From positions 4,384,001-4,448,000 of the forward strand of contig OZ242296.1 in NCBI GenBank assembly GCA_965207735.1: a stretch of DNA of 64,000 nucleotides, in the 5' to 3' direction. Below, piece by piece: positions 47,538 through 57,210 of this stretch. The stretch comes from Candidatus Versatilivorator sp. GTDB taxonomy: Bacteria; Acidobacteriota; Terriglobia; Versatilivoradales; Versatilivoraceae. The position numbers were made by a program, and so were the translations under genes. The number at the start of each line of letters is the position of its first letter. Within the stretch, counting starts at the first letter, position 1. A model generated the notes under the pieces. That model saw nothing but the letters and a program-made list of their open reading frames with translations, was not told the DNA's origin and searched no databases.

Positions 47538-48821
47538 CTATTGCCATCGGAACCACCGCAAGGCCAGCAGGAAACTGACACTTCCCCAGGCCGCCATCAC
47601 CAGCACATCCGGCAAGCTGGAGGCAAGGGGAAGACCTTCATTGATGTTTGCCCGCAAGGCATCGTTGAGCGCCGTCAACGGCAGGGCTTGAATGACCGGT
47701 TGCCAGAACTCGGGGAAGCGACCGGCGGCGAAAAAGGTCCCCGAGAGCAGCCACATGGGCAGCATCACCAGGTTCATCAGCCCCGAGACGCCTTCGATAG
47801 TCTGGGGGCGGGCAGCCACCAGTAGTCCCAGCCCGGCGAAGGACATGGCCCCCACCAGCGAAATCACTCCCAGGTCCAGGATCGAACCATGCACGGACAC
47901 CCCGAAGGCCATCCAGCCGAAGCCGATCACGGCCACCACCTCCAGCGCCAGGAAAATAAGGCGCGAGAGCATAAAGGACAGCAGGAAGTGGGTCCGGCGC
48001 ATGGGAGTGGCCGCCAGCAGCTTCAGCAGCTTGCGGGTGCGTGCCTGAACCACCGCGAATCCCAGGCCCCACATCCCGCTCCCCATCAGGTTCAGCCCCA
48101 CCAACCCGGGGATCAGAAAATCGATGTAGCGGGCCCCGGGATGGGCCACGGCTTCGTCCCTGACCCGGGCGACATCTTCCCGTCCCATCCCCCGCTGCAG
48201 GGCGTCGTCCACAACCAGCCGGGCGACCCGGCTGTTGGGTCGGGTCGGGTCGTAACGGTAAACCAAGCCTTCCGAACCCAATCCCGGCAGGGCCGGGAGG
48301 GCGGAGACCCTCTCTCCAGCCTCGGGATTTTCGGTCGCCGGAGCCTCCGACTGAGCAGGCTGCAGCACCAGCGACACCCTGCCCGTACGCAGCGCCCGCG
48401 CCGCCTCGGCCGGGGACAGCAGGAGGACCTCGATATCGGAACGCCCTTCCAGCCATTCCATCAGCCGGTCGGAGCCGGAGGTCGGCGTCTGGGGGCCGCC
48501 GACTTCCACCGCCACCTGGACCTTTTCCGGGCCCGTATCCCGAAAGGCGATCCCCAAGGCAATGGCCAACAGAACGGGAAAGACGAAGACCCAGAAGACG
48601 GCTTCGGGTTCCCGCGAGAACTCCCGAATCCTGGCCAGCGTGAGCTCCCACAGCGGATTGACCGGGCGGTAGCGGCTGGCCCCCGGAAGCGATGCAGTGC
48701 CCGGGCCGGACGCCTCCGGATCAGTGGCGCCGCTGGGCAATGGCCCGGTCTCCACCGAATCGGTGGGCGGTGGGGCTTGCTGCCGTGGGGGGCGGGGCTT
48801 GGCGCCGATGACATCAGGCAT
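47538..48821 (-). CDS. ABC-2 type exporter permease
   Basis: REPEAVFWVFVFP; RYIDFLIPGL; TPMRR..FLLS; LLSGTFF; LPLTALNDALR. Confidence 0.88.
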   Translation of the reverse strand: MPDVIGAKPRPPRQQAPPPTDSVETGPLPSGATDPEASGPGTASLPGASRYRPVNPLWELTLARIREFSREPEAVFWVFVFPVLLAIALGIAFRDTGPEKVQVAVEVGGPQTPTSGSDRLMEWLEGRSDIEVLLLSPAEAARALRTGRVSLVLQPAQSEAPATENPEAGERVSALPALPGLGSEGLVYRYDPTRPNSRVARLVVDDALQRGMGREDVARVRDEAVAHPGARYIDFLIPGLVGLNLMGSGMWGLGFAVVQARTRKLLKLLAATPMRRTHFLLSFMLSRLIFLALEVVAVIGFGWMAFGVSVHGSILDLGVISLVGAMSFAGLGLLVAARPQTIEGVSGLMNLVMLPMWLLSGTFFAAGRFPEFWQPVIQALPLTALNDALRANINEGLPLASSLPDVLVMAAWGSVSFLLALRWFRWQ

Positions 48822-49776
48822 CTCGGAGCTTTCTTCCGGTGAGGTTCACAAAGACATCTTCCAGAGTGGCCGTGTGGGTGGTCATGCCCACCAGCCTGGC
48901 CCCCTGAATTTCCACTTCCGCCAGCAGGGCAGGCAGGGCTTCAGCCACGCTGGAGACGGTCAGCAGGTAATTTCCGTCGCGGCTCTGCACTCCACGTACG
49001 CCGGGAAGCCGGGAGAGCCGCTCGTTGCCGACGGAACCTTCCAGGCTGAATTCCACAATCTGATCGGCCCCCAACGACTCCACCAGAACGTTGGGGGTGT
49101 CCAGCGCGATCACCTTCCCATGATCCATGATGGCCACCCGGTCGCACAGGCGGGCCGCCTCTTCCATGTAATGGGTGGTCAACAGTATGGTACCACCCCG
49201 GGAACGAAACTTTTCGATCAGATCCCAGAGCTTCAGCTTGGCTTGAGGATCCAGACCCGTGGTGGGTTCGTCCAGGAAGAGCACCTCGGGAGCCGTCACC
49301 AGCGCACAGGCGATGGCCAGCCGCTGCTTCTGGCCTCCCGAAAGCTTTCCCACCCGGGCGTCCCGTTTCTCTTCCATCTCCACCAGGCGGATGACCTCGT
49401 CCGGGTCCCACCCTCGCCGGTAGAGACTGCGAAACATCGCGATGGTCTCCACCACCGTCAAGCGCTCGGAAAATTGGGTCTCCTGGAGCTGAACCGCCAG
49501 ACGCTCCCGTAGGGATCGGTCATCCCCTTCCCCCCAGCCCTGGCCCAACACCTCCACCCTGCCGCTGTCGGGAATGGTGAGTCCCTCGAAGATCTCGACG
49601 GTGGTGGTCTTGCCGGCCCCATTGGGCCCCAGCAGACCGAAACACTCTCCCATCCGGACTTCCAGGTCAATGCCCGCCACGGCCACCACCTCACCGTAGC
49701 GTTTCACCAGGGAGGCGCAACTGAGGGCAACCTCCCCGGAGAAGTTCGCAGGTTGGCTGGAGGCGGTTACAGGCAT
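48814..49776 (-). CDS. ABC exporter ATP-binding protein
   Basis: GPNGAGKTT; LSGGQKQR; FLDEPTTGLDP; TTHYMEEA; ATLEDVF. Confidence 0.93.
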   Translation of the reverse strand: MPVTASSQPANFSGEVALSCASLVKRYGEVVAVAGIDLEVRMGECFGLLGPNGAGKTTTVEIFEGLTIPDSGRVEVLGQGWGEGDDRSLRERLAVQLQETQFSERLTVVETIAMFRSLYRRGWDPDEVIRLVEMEEKRDARVGKLSGGQKQRLAIACALVTAPEVLFLDEPTTGLDPQAKLKLWDLIEKFRSRGGTILLTTHYMEEAARLCDRVAIMDHGKVIALDTPNVLVESLGADQIVEFSLEGSVGNERLSRLPGVRGVQSRDGNYLLTVSSVAEALPALLAEVEIQGARLVGMTTHTATLEDVFVNLTGRKLRDA

Positions 49777-49845
49777 GCCTTCTCCGACTGTTGCGATCCA
49801 CCCGGGCGGCGACCGATTCCGCACCGCGACAGAAGACCGCGCGGA

Positions 49846-50841
49846 CTACCGCCGCAGGCTCCACTTGGGTGTGACTCCGGGATTGGCGCAGGCATCGGGC
49901 CAACGCCCCTCGGCCAGTCGAATCAGGGTCTCCACCGACAGGCGCCAAAAGGAGTCCTTGCTGATATCGGAACACCCGGCCACATGAGGGGTGAGCACCA
50001 CGTTCTCCATCTCCAGCAGAGGACTGGTGGGAGCCAAGGGTTCCGGTTCGAAGACGTCCAGACCCGCCGCGGCGATCCAACCTTCCTGCAGCGCCCGGAT
50101 CAGAGCCTGCTCGTCGATGACCGGTCCCCGGCAGGTATTGATGAGTACGGACTCCGGCTTCATCGACCGCAATTGGGTTTCACCGATGAGGTGACGGGTC
50201 CCCGGGATCAGGGGCGTGTGCAGAGAAACGAAATCCGATTGGGAGAGCAGGTTCTCCATCTCGACCGGACGGACGCCCTCGGCCCTGATCACCTCCGGTT
50301 CCAGCAGGGGATCGGAGGCCAGGATCCGCATCTTGAAACCTTGCATCTTGCGGGCCAGGCTGCGAGCGATGCGCCCGAAGCCGATCAGGCCCAGGGTGTT
50401 TCCCCGCAGATGCCAGCGATGAATGTGCTCGCGGCGCTCCCAGCGCCCCTCTCGCAGGGCCCGGTCGTGGGGCACGATCTGGCGGATCACGGCAAACAGC
50501 AGTCCGATGGCATGGTCGGCCACTTCGTCGAAGACGGCAGTGGGGGTGTGGGCCACGATGACCCCCTGCCGGGTGGCCGCCTCCACCGGAACGTTGTCGA
50601 AACCGCTGCCGGTCCGCAGGATGGCTCCACAGCGCGGCAGCTTTTTCAGGCGTTCGGCAGTAATGACCGGATTCCCGTAGAGCCAGACCAGATCCGCATC
50701 GGCCGCCGCCCGCAACAACTCCTCTCCGGAAGTACAGGGGTGAATCCGCAGGTCCACTCCGCCCCGCTGCAGGTCCTCTTCGACCCAGGTGGGCACCGGA
50801 ACTCCGTCCGCCTCGACGTAAACAACGGTTATGGGCTTCAC
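49846..50841 (-). CDS. D-isomer-specific 2-hydroxyacid dehydrogenase (CtBP/SerA-like)
   Basis: GSGFDNV; EVADHA; GLIGFGRIA; INTCRG; GLDVFEPEP; TPHVA; GTG start after GGAGGAGG. Confidence 0.9.
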   Translation of the reverse strand: MKPITVVYVEADGVPVPTWVEEDLQRGGVDLRIHPCTSGEELLRAAADADLVWLYGNPVITAERLKKLPRCGAILRTGSGFDNVPVEAATRQGVIVAHTPTAVFDEVADHAIGLLFAVIRQIVPHDRALREGRWERREHIHRWHLRGNTLGLIGFGRIARSLARKMQGFKMRILASDPLLEPEVIRAEGVRPVEMENLLSQSDFVSLHTPLIPGTRHLIGETQLRSMKPESVLINTCRGPVIDEQALIRALQEGWIAAAGLDVFEPEPLAPTSPLLEMENVVLTPHVAGCSDISKDSFWRLSVETLIRLAEGRWPDACANPGVTPKWSLRR

Positions 50842-51043
50842 GACGCGACCTCCTCCATATAGAGCCAAATCGGGACTGGCGAAGCAAGCGCCCATTGGGA
50901 GCGCCTCTTCCCGGTCAGGTATGGGATTCAAGGGCTACGGCACATCGGGAACGCCGGAGTGAGGCAGATCCCGACATTGCCGAAAAGCGGTTACGCCGAT
51001 GCCCCGGAACACTTTTGCCGACGATCCGAAACAGATCCAACCT

Positions 51044-51097
51044 TCAGTGAATACGCTCGATTTCAGGGATGGAATCGAAAGCGGAATCGAAGCTCAC
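51044..51097 (-). pseudogene. VapC (PIN) toxin remnant: start codon fused to the last codons
   Basis: GTGA overlap with the antitoxin stop, then VSFDSAFDSIPEIERIH*, which resembles the C-terminal SFD.xFD.IP.I.R end of PIN toxins. Confidence 0.6.
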
Positions 51098-51339
51098 CGA
51101 AGACGTTGTCCCGCCTCAATCTCGCGTAGCATGACTTCGAAATCTGCCGTTGGGAATTGGTAACGGGAGGCCTCGGCCAGGGCGCGCAGCTTGGCTTCGA
51201 CGGCGAGGGGAGAGTCGCTGCGGGCCTTGCGTAGTGCATGGCGTACCCACTCGGCAACCGACATTCGCTGCCGTCTGGCGGTTCCCTGTATCTCGCGGTT
51301 TTCTTGCGGGTCCAAGAGTACTTGAAGTCGCTTGCTCAC
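51094..51339 (-). CDS. Ribbon-helix-helix (CopG-like) antitoxin
   Basis: MSKRLQVLLD....EI...ARRQRMSVAEWVRHAL; C-terminal FPTADFEVMLREIEAG. Confidence 0.75.
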   Translation of the reverse strand: MSKRLQVLLDPQENREIQGTARRQRMSVAEWVRHALRKARSDSPLAVEAKLRALAEASRYQFPTADFEVMLREIEAGQRLR

Positions 51340-51394
51340 GATCGAATGGTACAGTCTGATAAACTAATAATCAATATCGGGGTTGGAGGAAGCG

Positions 51395-54277
51395 ATGACA
51401 TCACCTAAGCCATTCCGTTTACACAGCCGACTCGGCTATACCTGGTGGATTCTGGCCGGGATCCTCATTGCAGTTCCCTGGTCGCTTCACTCCTCGGAGC
51501 CACCTTCCACGCTGGTGTGGCAGGAACAGACCTTCGAGGATTTCGCCGATGGCCGACTGGGCGACGGCGGTGCCAACACCTACGTCTCGGCTCGAGGCCG
51601 GATCCAACTGGTGAACAGTTGGGATCTGAACCAGGACGGCTACCTGGACCTGGTGTTTTCCAACACCCACCCCCACCGCGAGAAGATGGATGCGGCCATC
51701 TACTGGGGTAACGGCAAGGACTTCGACGGTTCGCGGCGTTCCTTCGTCCCCAACGACGGCGCCCAGAACGCGGCTGCTGCCGATCTGGACGGGGACGGCC
51801 AGATGGACCTGGTCCTGGCCAACTACACCAACGGAACCTGGGACGGCATGGATTCATACCTCTACTACGGCGGCATCCAGGAGCTCAAGGCGCGCAAGGA
51901 TGCTTCCCAATGGGGCTTTCATCCCTTCGCCCGCAAGGTGACGCTGCCCAGCCGGGCCGCCCAGCACGCGGCCGTCGAGGATCTCAACAAGGACGGCTTC
52001 CCCGACATCGTATTCGCCTTCTCTGCCGGTTTCTGGGAATATCGGGCCGCCACCGGAGGGTACGAGTCTCCCTCCAGAATCTACTGGGGTTCGGCTGACG
52101 GCTACAGCGACGACAACCAGATCGATCTCCCGGCCCTGGGCGCCTCCTCGGTCGTTATCGGGGACTTGAACCGGGACAGCTGGCCGGACATCGTGCTGGC
52201 CAATCAGGGACGGGACGGCAATCCCGATGTGGACTCCTACGTCTACTGGGGCGGGGCCAACGGGTTTGACGCCGCGCGCCGGACCGGCTTGCCCACCCAC
52301 GAGGCCAACTGGGTGACTCTGGGAGACGTGAACAACGACGGCCGCCCCGACATCGTCTTCGCCAACGGCAAGGGCTCCGCCTCCTATGCCTACCTCAACG
52401 GCTCCAAGGGCTTCAAGCCCGGCCGGCGGCTGGAACTGGCCACCAGCAACGCCAAGGCCTGCGCCGTGGCCGATCTGAACCGGGACGGCCGCAACGACGT
52501 TTTCTTTACCAACCACCACACCAGCAACAATCGTCTGACCCATTCCTACCTCTATTGGGGAGGGGAGAGCGGCTTCAGCGACGAGGGCCGGCAGGAATTC
52601 GAGACGGTGGGAGCCTGGGGGGTCTCGGTGGCCGATCTGAACCACGACCGATACCCCGAGATTATCGTCTCCAACTACAAGGAGCACTTTTCCTTCGACG
52701 TGCCCTCGATCGTTCTCTGGAACTCCGAGGGCACCTTCTCCGATGTGCGCCGCACCTCTCTCTTCACTCAGGGCGCGGTCGGCAACCTGGTCTCGGACTT
52801 CAACCAGGACGGCCATCCCGACCTGCTGTTCATGAACACGATTTCCCGCTCCCGAGGCGGCGTTGTCCCCACTTATATCTACTGGGGCAACCGGGAGGGG
52901 CGATATACACCGGAAGACCGCCTCTCACTCCCCTCGGTCGACCCCTACGAGTGGGCAGCCGCCGACCTCAACGACGACGGCTGGGTCGACTTCCTGGTCT
53001 CCAACTTCGGGGAAACGGTCCGCTGGCGTCAGGAAAGCTATATCTACTGGGGAAACTCCGAAGGGTTCTCGGTCGACAGCCGCTCGGCGCTCATGGGCGT
53101 AGGCAGCGCCGGGGCCTCCATCGCGGATCTGGACCAGGACGGTCACCTGGACGTCATCCTCAGCAACTCTCCCCGTCCGGAAGACGGAATCAAGGGAGCT
53201 TTCATCTATTGGGGGAGTCCAGAGGGCTTCGTGGTGACCCAGCGGAGCGAAGTTCCCGGCGGAGGCACCTCCACCGTCGCCGATCTCAACCTGGACGGCA
53301 GACCCGATCTGGTCTTCGGGGGCAGCGAGGGAGTGGGAATCTTCTGGAACGACGGCAGCCGCAATTTCTCCGAGAGCCGCAGGACCCTGATCCCCGACAG
53401 CAAGGGAATGCATGGATCCGAAGTGGCGGACGTCAATCGGGACTCCTATCTGGACCTGATCTTGACCCGGGGTGGTGATCTGGGGAAACGCCAGACCACC
53501 GGCTTCGTCTATTGGGGGAATTCCAGTGGGGAATACAAGAGCGAGGGGAGGCTCGAGTTCGCCACCGAGGGACTCATCACCCTGACGGTTGGCGACGTGA
53601 ACCAGGACGGTTGGCTGGATTTCATCTGCCCCAGCTACAACACGGGCTCCAGCCGGGCCACCATGACCAAGATCTACCTGGGGGGACCGGACGGCATCAG
53701 CTCCGACCGCATGTTCGAGCTACCCAGCAACGCCGGAACCGGCAGTATGGTGGCCGACTTCAACCGCGACGGCTATGCCGACATCCTGATTATCTGCCAC
53801 CGGTCCGAAGGCGATCCCAACCGGATCGGCTCCTTTGGCGACCACGTGACCGATTCCTATCTCTACTGGGGCAGTCCGGAGGGCTTCCGAGCCGACAATC
53901 GCCTGGAGATCCCCGTGCGGGGCCCCCACTTCGATTCCGTGGTGGATCTTGGCAACATCTACGATCGACGCCACGAGTTCACCTATGTCTCGTCAGCCTT
54001 CCACTATGGCGGCCGGCAACCCGCCGACCTTGCCTGGCGGGGACAGACGCCCCATGGAAGCAGCCTCCGATTTCAGCTTCGCACGGCCGCGGACGAGCAA
54101 GGCCTGGAAAAGGCCCGCTGGGAGGGACCGTCCGGCCCCGGTTCCTATTTCGAACACCCCTCGGCCCTGGCGGACCGTCCCGAGGGCCACGGCTGGATCC
54201 AGTACCGGGCCTTCCTGAACACCCCCCACGGCGCGGTCTCGCCCATCCTGGAGGAGGTTGCGCTCACCTTTCGGTAG
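51395..54277 (+). CDS. Exported FG-GAP/VCBS repeat beta-propeller protein
   Basis: Signal peptide; many D(L/F)NxDGxxD Ca-binding loops alternating with YIYWG motifs; C-terminal WIQYRAFL...SPILEEV domain. Confidence 0.88.
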   Translation: MTSPKPFRLHSRLGYTWWILAGILIAVPWSLHSSEPPSTLVWQEQTFEDFADGRLGDGGANTYVSARGRIQLVNSWDLNQDGYLDLVFSNTHPHREKMDAAIYWGNGKDFDGSRRSFVPNDGAQNAAAADLDGDGQMDLVLANYTNGTWDGMDSYLYYGGIQELKARKDASQWGFHPFARKVTLPSRAAQHAAVEDLNKDGFPDIVFAFSAGFWEYRAATGGYESPSRIYWGSADGYSDDNQIDLPALGASSVVIGDLNRDSWPDIVLANQGRDGNPDVDSYVYWGGANGFDAARRTGLPTHEANWVTLGDVNNDGRPDIVFANGKGSASYAYLNGSKGFKPGRRLELATSNAKACAVADLNRDGRNDVFFTNHHTSNNRLTHSYLYWGGESGFSDEGRQEFETVGAWGVSVADLNHDRYPEIIVSNYKEHFSFDVPSIVLWNSEGTFSDVRRTSLFTQGAVGNLVSDFNQDGHPDLLFMNTISRSRGGVVPTYIYWGNREGRYTPEDRLSLPSVDPYEWAAADLNDDGWVDFLVSNFGETVRWRQESYIYWGNSEGFSVDSRSALMGVGSAGASIADLDQDGHLDVILSNSPRPEDGIKGAFIYWGSPEGFVVTQRSEVPGGGTSTVADLNLDGRPDLVFGGSEGVGIFWNDGSRNFSESRRTLIPDSKGMHGSEVADVNRDSYLDLILTRGGDLGKRQTTGFVYWGNSSGEYKSEGRLEFATEGLITLTVGDVNQDGWLDFICPSYNTGSSRATMTKIYLGGPDGISSDRMFELPSNAGTGSMVADFNRDGYADILIICHRSEGDPNRIGSFGDHVTDSYLYWGSPEGFRADNRLEIPVRGPHFDSVVDLGNIYDRRHEFTYVSSAFHYGGRQPADLAWRGQTPHGSSLRFQLRTAADEQGLEKARWEGPSGPGSYFEHPSALADRPEGHGWIQYRAFLNTPHGAVSPILEEVALTFR

Positions 54278-54307
54278 GACCAGAGCCGCCCGCAGGGATC
54301 ATGCCCC

Positions 54308-55099
54308 TCAGTCGTCCCAGGTGCCGCGGGCGTTGATGCCGCCGTCGACGCAGACGTATTCGCCGGTCATGAAGGAAGCCCGATCGCTCACCAGGAAGAC
54401 CAGCACGTTGGCGATCTCCTCCGGACCGGCGGTCCGGCCCAGCGGATGGGCCGCGCCCAGCTTGGCTCTCAGCTCAGCCACGTCGCCCCCCGAGGCCTCG
54501 AAGGCCTCCTGCTGCAGGGGGGTGTCCACGCCGCCGGGACAGATGGCAAGCACCCGGATGTTGTCGGCGGCAAAATCCAGGGCCAGGTTGCGGGTCAAGG
54601 AGAGGATGCCTCCCTTGCTGGCCGCATAGGCCGGGACCTTCTTCATGGATTGCAGGCCCTGCACGCTGGCCATGTTGACGATCACGCCTCCGCCCCGGAG
54701 CCTCATCTCCGGAATGGCGAACTTGGACATCAGGAAGAAGCTTTTGAGATTGACGTCGATGATCCGATCCCAGAGCACCTCCGGTGTGTCCACGGCATTC
54801 ATGTAGGAACTCGGCGGCTGGATTCCGACGTTGTTGACCAGTATGTCGACTCCGCCGTAGGATTGGGCGGCATAGCCGACCACCCCGGCCGCCTCCCCGG
54901 AGTCGGACACGTCGGCCGCCACGGGCTGGACCGCCAGCCCGTCGTCCTCGGCCATTCCCAGTAGCTCCTGGTTGGCAGCTCGATCGATATCGGCATATAC
55001 GACCGACGCTCCCTCCCTACCCAGGGCCAGCGTGCAGGCGCGGCCGATGCCCTTGGCACCGCCGGTCACGATAGCCACCTTGCCTTTCAGCCCTTCCAT
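54308..55099 (-). CDS. SDR family oxidoreductase
   Basis: GKVAIVTGGAKGIG; NNVG; NMASVQG; YAASK; HPLGR; VDGG; start MEGLKG after GAGGAGG. Confidence 0.92.
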   Translation of the reverse strand: MEGLKGKVAIVTGGAKGIGRACTLALGREGASVVYADIDRAANQELLGMAEDDGLAVQPVAADVSDSGEAAGVVGYAAQSYGGVDILVNNVGIQPPSSYMNAVDTPEVLWDRIIDVNLKSFFLMSKFAIPEMRLRGGGVIVNMASVQGLQSMKKVPAYAASKGGILSLTRNLALDFAADNIRVLAICPGGVDTPLQQEAFEASGGDVAELRAKLGAAHPLGRTAGPEEIANVLVFLVSDRASFMTGEYVCVDGGINARGTWDD

Positions 55100-55180
55100 G
55101 GAATGCCTCCTCTCATTGTGAACTCTCCCCCGACCGAAAACTGGAGCCCTTCCAGGCTGGTCCCCCCGCGCTGCCGTGCG

Positions 55181-55236
55181 GATCATACGAGGGTGAAACA
55201 ACGAATCTTCATGTCCTGCCGGGAATAAGGGCCATG
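55181..55236 (-). promoter_or_regulatory. Conserved upstream motif, copy 2 (shared with 8221-8274)
   Basis: AACAACGAATCTTCATG (55197-55213) and CGGGAATAAGGGCC; minus-strand TATGAT -10-like hexamer. Confidence 0.45.
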
Positions 55237-55378
55237 GCGTCGCGTTGACCGGATGTAGGCAGATAGCGCGGAACTTGTGCGACATGTTCGGGAGTCAACG
55301 CCTTGCAAGCTTTCAGTGTGCTGCTCTTGTTGTGTTTTTGTGCCTTTTGTGGCCATTCCCGGCAAGGGTCCCGCCGCT

Positions 55379-55395
55379 GAATTTTGCAAAAGGCT
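55379..55395. mobile_element. Isolated copy of the IS terminal repeat
   Basis: GAATTTTGCAAAAGGCT is identical to 1721-1737. Confidence 0.5.
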
Positions 55396-55467
55396 GGAGA
55401 GTGAAACAATCGGAAATCGACCATTCCTTCGCGACCTTGGCATCCCATCGCGGTTAACCTCAGCACC

Positions 55468-55896
55468 TTAGTGGCCCTTCGTCGTTCTTAGTGGCCCTTC
55501 GTGGATCACTCTTTTTTTTTCCAGGTAAGCGGCAAAGCGAGGAACCGACACACGCGTTCGCTCGTGCCAGCCTTCGGCGATCTTCTCGACCTCGTCGAAC
55601 GCTTCCAGTTGAAACCGGATTCTCCGCCCCTTGACCTCGACGACCCGGGTCTTCAGGGTGACCTTCATGCCCAGAGGCGTGGGAGCCAGGTGCTTCAGGT
55701 CCATGGCCGTTCCAACCGTCTCTTCATCCTGGCCCAGCAATGGGGCGGCTGCCTCTCGGGAGGCCATCTCCAGCCACATGATCAGGGAGGGAGTGGAAAG
55801 CACGGGCTGGACCCCGGGGCCCATGAAGTCGATGCACACCGGCTTCTTGACCACCCGGGTCCGCTCCAGCTTAATATTCTGCTCTGGATTCGCCAT
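55468..55896 (-). CDS. Hot-dog fold thioesterase (FlK-like)
   Basis: VLSTPSLIMWLE; TVGT..DLKHLAPTPLG; IAEGWHER (Thr/Glu/His triad pattern). Confidence 0.85.
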   Translation of the reverse strand: MANPEQNIKLERTRVVKKPVCIDFMGPGVQPVLSTPSLIMWLEMASREAAAPLLGQDEETVGTAMDLKHLAPTPLGMKVTLKTRVVEVKGRRIRFQLEAFDEVEKIAEGWHERTRVSVPRFAAYLEKKRVIHEGPLRTTKGH

Positions 55897-55975
55897 GGGT
55901 CCTGGCTCGGCCCTGGGCCGGTGGGGGATGCCGGTCCACAGGACGCCCGCGTATCCCCCGCAGGCCCGTCCGGCT

Positions 55976-56992
55976 CTACTTGGGGGGTAAGTGATACCCC
56001 TCTTTCTTGGTCCTGACCCGCTGGAGCTTGTCGCCCGAAGTGATGTAGAGCGTCTTGAGCTCCTTTCCGCGGCCAAAACCCACGTTGGTCGGCAGATCGG
56101 GCGTGCGAAGGTAGTCAAGCTCCTTGCCCTCGGGAGAGTAGACGTAGATGCCGGGCCGAGTCTGATCCCGAACCGCCACATAGAGGTTGCCCTCCGCGTC
56201 CACCACCAGTCCGTCGGGTCCGTCCTGCGGATAGTAGTCCACCAGCGTCTTCCTGAAGGTTGCCGTTCCTTCGGGACTCAGGTCGTAGGCCAAAAGGGCC
56301 ATCCTGCCCTTGTGGAAGGGAAGATCGGTGGAAAACTGGAAGATGTCGAAGTTGCCGTTGTCGTTGGACACCACGTAGAGGGTCTTCTGGTCGGGGGAGA
56401 CGCAAACCCCGTTGGGTTTTCCGGCATCGGTGACGATCTGGTGAATCGATCCGTCGGGATCGATCCGATAGACCGCCATCACTCCCTGTTCCATGGGCTC
56501 GTGGCCGACATAGCGGGGATCGGAGAAGTAGATCCGGCCCTTGAGGTCGATGCTGACGTCATTGGGGGCGTTGAACCGTCTTCCGTTATAGAAGCCGCCG
56601 ATGATCACGCTCTTGCCGGTCTTCATGTCCGTTCGAATGACACGCCGCCCCCCGAAGTCCGCCCCTTCGGCCACGATCATGTTCCCCTGAGCATCGAACT
56701 TGATGCCGTTGGACATGCCGCTGGGGGATCGATAGACGCTGACTTTACCGGTCCCGGGGTCGTACTTCATCACGTGACCCGCCTGCATGCCCGCGGTTCG
56801 GGTAAAGGTGATGTCACTGAAATAGATGGTTCCGTCGGGCGCGGCAGCCGCGCCCTCGGTGAGGACCCCGCCGGTGAACAGGGTTTCCAGGGTGTCATGT
56901 TCAAAATAGGCGGACTGGCCGGCGGCAACAGCCCACCAGGCGCCATGCAGCATCGCCAACGACAAAAACAGGAACTGAACGGTTCGAAGCAT
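55976..56992 (-). CDS. SMP-30/gluconolactonase/LRE family protein (exported)
   Basis: TEG; IYFSDI; SNG; FNAPND; IYFSDP; PNGVCVSPD; PDGLVVDAEGNLYV; PTNVGFG. Confidence 0.9.
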   Translation of the reverse strand: MLRTVQFLFLSLAMLHGAWWAVAAGQSAYFEHDTLETLFTGGVLTEGAAAAPDGTIYFSDITFTRTAGMQAGHVMKYDPGTGKVSVYRSPSGMSNGIKFDAQGNMIVAEGADFGGRRVIRTDMKTGKSVIIGGFYNGRRFNAPNDVSIDLKGRIYFSDPRYVGHEPMEQGVMAVYRIDPDGSIHQIVTDAGKPNGVCVSPDQKTLYVVSNDNGNFDIFQFSTDLPFHKGRMALLAYDLSPEGTATFRKTLVDYYPQDGPDGLVVDAEGNLYVAVRDQTRPGIYVYSPEGKELDYLRTPDLPTNVGFGRGKELKTLYITSGDKLQRVRTKKEGYHLPPK

Positions 56993-57210
56993 CGGCTTAC
57001 CTTTCTTCAGGCTGGAAAACCCTCATCACAGTGATCGAAACGGTGCCGGGTATTCTATCAACCTCTGTCAAACGACTCGGAGGTTGGCCCCCGCTTCCGG
57101 GCCATTTCTTTTTTTGAGGGAAAGGCCATCGGACAGGATAAAATAGCCGGTAGTATCTACTGGCAGCAGCATTCTCTTTCGCCCGGCTGGTCCCTTGCGA
57201 GAGGATCGAG

